From: Octopus vulgaris
Taxonomy: Eukaryota
DNA: 64,000 nt
Assembly: GCA_951406725.2 (NCBI GenBank)
Contig: OX597815.1
Location: 111,538,001-111,602,000, forward strand
Direction: 5' to 3'
Part shown: positions 55,919 to 64,000 of the stretch, piece after piece
Position numbering within the stretch: the first letter of the stretch is position 1
How the letters are laid out: the number at the start of each line of letters is the position of its first letter
Translations under genes and position numbers: made by a program
Notes under the pieces: model-generated
Told to the model about the DNA's origin: nothing
What the model saw: only the letters and a program-made list of their open reading frames with translations
The model's database searches: none

Positions 55919-55976
55919 ATTCCACTGATGAGGCAAAGCATTTCTTATGCAAAGTCAGAAATCCGGGATCTGGAAT
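55919..55976 (+). ncRNA. Canonical-core type-I hammerhead ribozyme in a probable solo pLTR (about 55660-56120)
   Basis: attcca CTGATGA ggc..gcat-ttctt-atgc..gtc a GAAA tcc-g-gga TC tggaat: stem I 6 bp, stem III tcc/gga, AUC cleavage triplet. Confidence 0.8.
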
Positions 55977-56113
55977 TATCCACTAAGTTTTTAATAGTTT
56001 ATTTTGTCCCTTTGTCTCCTCTCCTCGTGCTGTATGAACATTTAATATGGTTCTAGAGTCAGGATTTGACTGCTATTTTTAGCGTGGTGGTATCTCTTTG
56101 ATACCCTAAATTG

Positions 56114-56174
<61 letters not shown>

Positions 56175-56175
56175 C

Positions 56176-56251
<76 letters not shown>

Positions 56252-56516
56252 AATAAATATATACTGACGGATATTCAACATTTCAATATACTAACAAAAA
56301 TAATCTGTACCTAATACATCTTTTTGTAATAAAATGCCTTCTGATACGAAATCTCAAAAAAATGGAAGTTTGTTAAATTCGTGATGTGATGTATGTATTC
56401 AGTATTGTGAAATATATGCATAAATATATACATAAATTTTACATGCCATAAATTCAACAGAATATCGATTGTTATACGTACGGATATATAAAATTTGTTG
56501 TTGTGAGGTGCATTAA

Positions 56517-57296
56517 TCTTTATATATATAAAACTGAGAATGTGTGTCTGTCTGTCTGTCTGTGTGTTTCCCTAAAACTTGAGAACTACACAACTAATTT
56601 CATTCAAATTTTACACATGCCTTACGTAGGGTCCGGGGAGTGTCATCGGCAAAACAATTTTAACTTTTTGCCTAGGGCGAGCCCACAGCAATATCATATC
56701 TTCTCCACTACGATTCCCTAAAACCTGAGAAGTACATAACCAATTTCATTCAGATTTTACACATGCCTTACTTAGGGTCCATGTAGTTTCATGGGCAAAA
56801 TAAATGTTCAACTTCTTGCCTAGAGCGAGCCCATAGCAATAGCATATCTTCTCCCCTATTTCAGTATTACGTGTTAAAAGTGAAACAAAAATATTTCTCT
56901 ATTTTATGTCAGATGCTTTCACTTTAACAATAATAATAATAATAATAATAACAATTGAATTATATGTAGTAAGTAATAATTAAAATCAAACTAAAGTATA
57001 ATATAATCGTAACATACAAAAGTAAAAATAGCAATTGGTATAAAATTGCATCAGTGATGTGAACTTGAATAAGTGGTTTCACATGAATGGGAATAACTTA
57101 AAAATATAATTAGCGTGCAGAAATGGAATAGTCCAGATGGATAATAAAAAATTAAATTAAAGAAAAGACTATTGTCGATAAAGTATACAATGTGGAGAAA
57201 AAAGAAGAGCTAACAATTCCAGTCTGTTATATATTTTGAGTATTGTTATCACTAGCGATATCAAGATATAACTTTGTATTTTATATTTTATGTGTA

Positions 57297-57342
<46 letters not shown>

Positions 57343-57425
57343 TGTACATGTAATATGTACACATATATAAACATATATACATGCACTAGCACTATGACCC
57401 GGCAACGACGGGTCTTTAATGCTAG
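56517..57425 (+). mobile_element. Non-autonomous Helitron
   Basis: A|TC 5' end, (CTGT)n near the 5' end, about 147-bp internal tandem duplication (56569-56860), GC hairpin gacccg-gcaacga-cgggtc at 57396-57414, CTAG|T 3' end, no TSD. Confidence 0.8.
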
Positions 57426-58109
57426 TACAAAATAAAGTTAGAAAAATTAAATAATTGTCTTGCCTCACTTTGCTTGGTTTGTATTCAAGTGTTTTATAAA
57501 ATCGGTGGAGAATTGAAGCCGCTAGGACATGAGAAAGGGTGCCTTTTTTAATAGGTGAAATGCTACTGAGCCTAAATTTGCTTTTCTTTGTATTGTGGTC
57601 AATAAACGAACTAGCAGTCTAATGTGATAGATTGGTGAATCTGTTCATCCGCAATATGCTTTCGGTATCTGTTTGCATGCTAACACTAACTCCTTCATCC
57701 ACAATGCTGTTTAGAATTGTTCACCTAAATCGACAGCGTATCACTTAAGTAGCATTGTGATAACGAAGATTGGATATTTCGTTGAGTGAACAATTGCGAC
57801 TTGTCTATGTACTCACGTATATTGCCAGTTTACGGTTACCAACCATGCCCTACGCAAGCATTGAACTGGCGTTATCGTTAATTTCTGGGTGTTTTCGTAT
57901 TATGTGTACCGTGCTAATCAGTGTTGTGTTTCATTATTTAGCCATGTTCCCTATGCATTTGTCATCTGTGTTTATCAAATATTAGAGCGACATAATGACA
58001 CATTGTTTTCGTTTGCAGAAGCCACATATTTTTATATTGCATCTCTAGTCCGTTGTATTTAGTTACGAGATTATTTCATGCGTGTGTATGTATGTGTTTG
58101 AGAGAGAGA

Positions 58110-58160
<51 letters not shown>

Positions 58161-58669
58161 TGTCTGTCTGTCTGTGTGATAGTGAGTGAGAGAGAGAGAT
58201 TTTCTCTTATAGTATTTTATATTAGTGAACTTTTCAGATATTATTCTCGTTTACTTTGCCGTACAGGTGATATTGATAAACAGTAATTAAAAAGGTAATA
58301 GACGTTGCATTTCGCTGGCAGACTAAACAAAAATTCCTTATATGCAACGAAAACAACTCGGAATTGGTGATCTGTATACACAATTACGATGTGTATATTA
58401 TTGAAAGCCATCAGTAAGCAGCATAATACTTGCTTGACAAATTTCTTGACATATTTACTGTTGAAGAACCTGACAAGCAGAAATCCATATCCAGCAATTT
58501 ACTACCAATTCTAAGCGACCTTCACCTGCTGCTGATATTTTACTAAACTTTCAACACTATATCTATGATATATTTTCTCAAGACAGACACCACTTTTTAG
58601 AAGGCTTTTAATTGTGTGTATGCAAATCACAAATTTTAAAGTACTACTGATTATTTCATCAATAGTCAT

Positions 58670-58822
58670 ATCAAAGTTTGAGGATGGATGTAAGTCGATT
58701 ATATCGACACCAGTACCCATCTGGTACTTATCTTATCGACCCCAAAAGGCAAAACGTAAAGCCGGACAGTATGTCGCCAAGCATTTTGCCCGGCGTGGAA
58801 ACGATTCTGAAAGCTCGCCACC
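58670..58822 (-). mobile_element. SINE family B, degraded
   Basis: ctggtacttatcttatcgacccc...aagcattttgcccggcgtg..acgattctg..agctcgccacct. Confidence 0.6.
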
Positions 58823-59489
58823 TTTTTATCACCAATAATGAAGTACTGTTCATATATATATATACTTGGCAAGTACCATTGGAATAAATATTCCAATTTA
58901 GATATTAAATTTTATTCAAATTCTCCCCTGAGCTTATAGTTTTCATTATGTTAAATGATCACTAATTACTACAAACAAGAAAGGCACTACATTTCACCCA
59001 AAGAAATTGTCGAAATAAATTTGAATACGGGAAGACAATTTTTAAGATAAATATATGCAAGCTAAAATATATAAGAATGGCAATGTAGTAAATATACATA
59101 CCCGAATTCCCAAAGTTAAATTTCGATTTAAAAACGAGAAAATTTTATTACATAAAGTAAGTAGCAATGGAAAAAGAGAAACACAACAGACATGTCCTTT
59201 ACGAAAACTAAAGTTATCAATAACTTGAAAGTAACATGTAAATGAAAGCCCCGATAGAATCTATACGCCATGTTTGTTCAGTGGATATGAAGGGATATGC
59301 TTATCTTCAAACTGAGGACTATGACACGGTGCAGGTCGAATTCAATGCCCATACACCTGCTTAAAAAGTGATTCTGTAATACATTGACGATGCAGAAGAA
59401 GTATTATAGGAAGAGGTGACGGTGAACAGTTTATTTGTAGTCCTGATGCATTTGTGTCACAGTCCAAGAAATTAGTGATCGCCGATGTG

Positions 59490-59600
59490 ACAGGGAATAG
59501 TCTGTGGCAGGAGAGGGTCTTAAAATACCAGTTCAAATACCAGTTCTTCTAATTAATCTACGACGGGCATGAGGGAATTCAGAAGTACAAAATTTTACAT
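59490..59600 (+). pseudogene. Possible Gypsy integrase zinc-binding region remnant
   Basis: ERVL...LIYDGHEGIQKYK resembles the G.RV.IP...H.GH.GI.K pattern; short and degenerate. Confidence 0.25.
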
Positions 59601-60234
59601 GCACAAAAAGAAACGCTTGCTACACGTAAAACAGCAAAACGTATGGCCTGCCCTAAAAGTTGTTGCTTCAAAAGCAGCAGCCGTCACACTATCGGCGGCA
59701 ACTCAAAGAATAAGAGAAAAGACGCTTATTACTTAGTACTAGTGACTGAAGATGAAAGGAACCATTTACAACTGCACCCAGTAGCTCTACGCCATGGACT
59801 TGGATGGTACATGAACAAGGGTTTGGTGACAGCAGCAGAGAAGCAAAATATTAGCAGGAAGAAATTGTGTAAGACATGCGACATGCGATAAAGTCATCTA
59901 GCATTATATGAAGTCTGCAGTCCTTCAAATATCGAATGAAAAACTGTCTGATGAATTGAGAAAGAAGAGAATTTAGGAAATAATAATGTACAGATTGAGT
60001 AGGTAATGCTCTTCTAATATGTGAAAAGTCCTAAAAGTAGTCTGCTAATTAGTAATTTAAGAATCTATGAACAGCTATTCCATAACAACCAAAGAGAAAA
60101 TGATAATTATCACTGGTCTAACAACTGAGTGACTTGAGCAGACTGAGCTGATCTAGTTCACAGTTTTTCAGCTGTGTTTGAGTGAATACAATTTTTGTGA
60201 TTGATTTATAAACCGTTATATATCCTTGCATTTA

Positions 60235-60440
60235 AGGCGGCAAGCTAGCAGAGTCGTTCGTTCGCTGGAGGAAATGCTTAGCGATATTTGGTCCTTCGCT
60301 ACATTTTGAGTTCAAATTCTGCCGAGGTTGACTTTTCCTTGCAGGGATCGATAAACTAAATATAAATTGCGTACTGGATTCAATCTCATCGACTGGACCC
60401 CTTACCCAAAGATTTCTGGCCTTGTGCGTATAGTATAAAC
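60235..60440 (+). mobile_element. SINE family B
   Basis: aaggcggcaagctagcaga..aaatgcttagcg..gagttcaaattctgccgaggttgac. Confidence 0.7.
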
Positions 60441-60909
60441 GTTATATATCTTTGCATTAAAAAGAAAAATATATCAGTATATAGTGTAAAAACTTTTGTT
60501 TTTACGTAACTATCTTTTTATGTATGATTGTCGTTGTTGGCAATTTCCCATAGTGATTTGGGAGAGTAATTACAACGTAGGTCAAAAATCCATTCAGTTT
60601 CTTTCCTCTTTCATTTTTTTAGTTCATATTGCAATGAAGACAATTTTTCTTTTATCCTAAAATAAAATACGAGTCAAGTGCTGACTCGATGGTATTGACT
60701 ATTCTTCGCTTTGAAATCTGCCTGCTCCGTGCCTAAATTAGAAATATCAATTATTTTTGTTGTTACTTTAAATGAGGACAGCAGACCTGAGTGGAAGATT
60801 TCAGTTTCCAGGTGTTAAACTTCAATCGATATAATTTATTTCTCATCTATTTTCTGCATAACACTTCCTTATTTTCTCCTTTTCCAAATATCATTCCATC
60901 CTTTCTTTT

Positions 60910-61095
60910 TGTCTGTCTCTCACACGCACACACACACTCTCTCTCTCTCTTTCTCTCTCTCACACACACTCTTCCACTCATACACTCTCTTTCTATCTCT
61001 CACACACACATTCTCTCACAAATACACACACTCTCTCTCACAAACTCTCTCTCTCACTCTCTCTCACTCACACACACTCTCTCTCTTTCTCGCTT
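60910..61095. repeat. Degenerate (CT)n/(CA)n tract
   Basis: Seen directly. Confidence 0.9.
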
Positions 61096-61862
61096 TTCTA
61101 CCTTTTCTGTTTGACTTCTTGTATACCCATCTCTGATTTTACTCTTTTTTCTTTTCTCGCCATTTCCCATTTATCTTCTCTATCTTCTGCAGTTTCTCAT
61201 TCTTTCCTTTTGTATCATCCTTGAATTTTTCTCAGGAGAAAATATACTGCAAAATATTTCTCCCGGTCATTTAGAATGTATCATGAAATTCCCCTAAAAT
61301 GACATCTCGTAAATATTATTTTCTGGTGGAAACTTTTATATATAAAACATAAATATTTTCCCCATAGATCTATTTCTGTCATGACAATGGCAGTCTCTCC
61401 AAGAAAAATATAGTTAGTAAATATATATTGATTCCAAATTTCAGCTAAGATCAGCATTTTGCGGGAGCAGGAGAGAGACATGTCGATAACATAGACTCCA
61501 ATATTTTAATAGTACATCATTTTTTATCAACGCAAAGATGTAATTCAAATGTCAATATAAGCGATTTTTATGACCTTGTGCCAAAATCTGAAAAGAATAT
61601 TGGCTTCAAATTTTAGCACAAAGCCAGCAATTTCGAGATAGTGATTAAGTTGATTACATCGAAGCCAGTGCTCAACTGGTACATATTTTACATTTTTACA
61701 TTATTTACGTTATTTACATTATTTACATTTGACGGATATTTGTCCTCATCTTGTTTGTTAACACAACGTTTCAGCTGATATACCCTCCAGCCTTCATCGG
61801 TGTCTTGGGGAAATTTCAAACCTGGGTTCTCACTATTATTATTATTATTTTTATTATTATTC

Positions 61863-61915
<53 letters not shown>

Positions 61916-61918
61916 GTT

Positions 61919-62177
61919 GTGTTCTCGAGCAAGGCACTTTATTTCACGTTGCTCCAGTTCACTCAGCTGTAGAAATGAGTTGCGACGTCAAAGGTGCCAA
62001 GCTGTATCGACCTTTGTCTTTCCCTTGGATAACACTGGTGGCGTGGAGAGGGGAGGCTGGTATGCATGGGCGACTGCTGGCCTTCCATAAAAACAACCTT
62101 GCCCAGACTTGTGTCTAGGAGGGTAACTTTCTAGGTGCAATCCCATGGTCATTCATGACCGAAGGGGGTCTTTACCC

Positions 62178-62178
<1 letters not shown>
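61919..62178 (+). mobile_element. SINE family C body inserted in (TTA)n
   Basis: Homologous to 50765-51083; (TTA)n on both sides. Confidence 0.72.
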
Positions 62179-62267
<89 letters not shown>

Positions 62268-62268
<1 letters not shown>

Positions 62269-62343
62269 GCCGCACTGCTTGGAATCAAACTCGGAATCTT
62301 TGGGTTAGTAGCCCGTGCTCTTAACCACTACGTCATATGCCCG
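62268..62343 (-). other. tRNA-like Pol III head (SINE-type, not a functional tRNA)
   Basis: gggcatatgacgTAGTGGttaagagcacgggctactaacccaaagattccgaGTTTGATTCCaagc followed by (AAT)n. Confidence 0.6.
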
Positions 62344-62502
62344 TAGGCAATTATGGAGGGAATTTCCCCAAGACACGTGATGAAGGCTGGAGGGTATATC
62401 AGCCGCAATGTTGTGTTAACAACAAACAAGATAAGGACAGATATACGTCAAATGTAAATAATGTAAATAATGTACATAATTCCTTATCCTTTAAATATAG
62501 AA

Positions 62503-62860
62503 CTGGTACGTATGTTATCGACCCCAAAAGAATGAATGGCAAAGTCGACCGCGACGGCCTTTGAACTCAGAATGTGAAGACGGTTGAAATTCAGAGAAGC
62601 ATTCCGCCCAGCATGCTAACGATACTATCAGCTCGCCGCCTTAATTTGAAACCAATGTCAGCGATATTTATAGGTATGGAGCAGACGAAATGCTTAGCGG
62701 CATTTCCTTCAACTTTATATTATGAGTACAAATTCCTGACTCGACTTTGCCTTTCATCCTATCGGGGTTGATAAAATAAGTACCAGTTGAACACTTGGGT
62801 CTATGTAATCGATATCCTCCGACCTTGCAATTACTAGCCCTGTGTCAAAATTTGATACGA
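62503..62860. mobile_element. Two SINE family B fragments in opposite orientation (62503-62642 minus; 62680-62860 plus)
   Basis: agctcgccgcctt and gaaatgcttagcgg..ctttgcctttcatcctatcggggttgataaa. Confidence 0.65.
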
Positions 62861-63229
62861 ATATTAGCGATTGAAACATGCAAAATTGTTGCAAATTAGT
62901 GTTCTGGTTGCTTTTATGAATTCGACTGCCTAATAATCGTTTGTAAAATAGGCACAAGCGGACAAATTTCAGAAGAGAATGTTATCCATTAAACTGACAC
63001 CGGTACATGATTAGCATAACGATTTGGAATGATGATCTCTAAAATATCATAATCTAAAGAGGGAAATGGGGAAACGATAATACCAATTACTGTACGTGAA
63101 TAGTATATTATTTTAACGACTCCAAGATATGCGGGAATTGTTGGAACTTTTAAAAAGTCTCAATGACTGAAACCGGTACTGAAATGATTTTATAAAATTA
63201 GTTTAGCATTTTTCAGATTGACTTTTTTT

Positions 63230-63259
63230 CCATATATACATACATACATACATAACATA

Positions 63260-63337
<78 letters not shown>

Positions 63338-63466
63338 ATACATTATATTATATTATATATATATATATATTATATTATATCATATTATATATATATATAT
63401 ATTCATATAAGTATATATATATATATATATATGTATTGTATTATATTATATTATATTATATTATAT

Positions 63467-63505
<39 letters not shown>

Positions 63506-63603
63506 CACACATACATACATACATACATACATACATACATACATACATACATACATACATACATACATACATACATACATACATACATACATACATACAT
63601 ACA
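63230..63603. repeat. Compound (CA)n/(TA)n/(TATAT)n/(TACA)n microsatellite, representative of dozens of such tracts in the window
   Basis: Seen directly. Confidence 0.95.
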
Positions 63604-64000
63604 TTGTTTTGAGAAGAAGATTGATTAGAAATTCTCTCACTGTATGGAGGTTTGGACCTAGAAGTATTCAAGTGTAACTTGAGACGAAAGATATAAATAT
63701 TTAATGTGAAGAAACAAAAGACCTGGTGATTCAATCCGCAAACATGACTCCGATTTGAGATGAATTTAGAGGAGAATTATACATAATAAATTAAATCTAT
63801 ATGAATAAAATCTGTAAGTAAATAAATATATCAAAATATATATATGCTTAAACTAATATATTTTAAAGAGTATCTTTATACAGACATAAAAACGTTAAAA
63901 CATGCGTGTATATGTAATATATTGCAGAAAGTCTGAAGTGGTGATGGGATCGAACTAAAAGATGCAATGAGGAGCGAAGTTAAAATTAAAGTAGGGTACC

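Larger units (their letters stand above)
61700..62480. repeat. Inverted pair of HHR-bearing pLTR-like segments (61700-61815 / 62361-62480)
   Basis: ccccaagacac.tgatgaaggctggagggtatatcagc.g.aa.gttgtgttaacaa...gtcaaatgtaaataatgtaaataa present on opposite strands. Confidence 0.85.

Noticed and set aside
62268-62343. Functional tRNA gene (also the heads at 6670-6747 and 51020-51083)
   Set aside because: Acceptor and anticodon stems do not close properly; these are SINE-type heads.

Overview
AT-rich eukaryotic (animal) genomic DNA, extremely dense in microsatellites ((TA)n, (CA)n, (TACA)n, (AAT)n, (TATC)n) and transposon debris. The tRNA-derived SINE families and repeat landscape look like a coleoid cephalopod (Octopus-like); this is an inference. 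No host protein-coding gene can be supported, and most ORFs in the track are microsatellite artefacts. Real coding remnants are all mobile elements: a near-complete Penelope-like element (PLE, Neptune-type; 14380-18985) with direct pLTRs, a hammerhead ribozyme (HHR) in each pLTR and a long uncharacterised upstream ORF; two Naiad-like PLE copies plus a fragment; two CR1/L2-like LINE remnants; REL-endonuclease (R4/Dong-like) LINE pieces stacked in (TAA)n; a mariner and a pogo-like transposase; and a non-autonomous Helitron. The most striking pattern is a set of at least six palindromes or inverted repeats whose outward-facing arms carry whole or partial minimal hammerhead motifs, i.e. fold-back derivatives of PLE pLTRs, alongside several solo HHR motifs. 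All alignments were done by eye, so boundaries are approximate.
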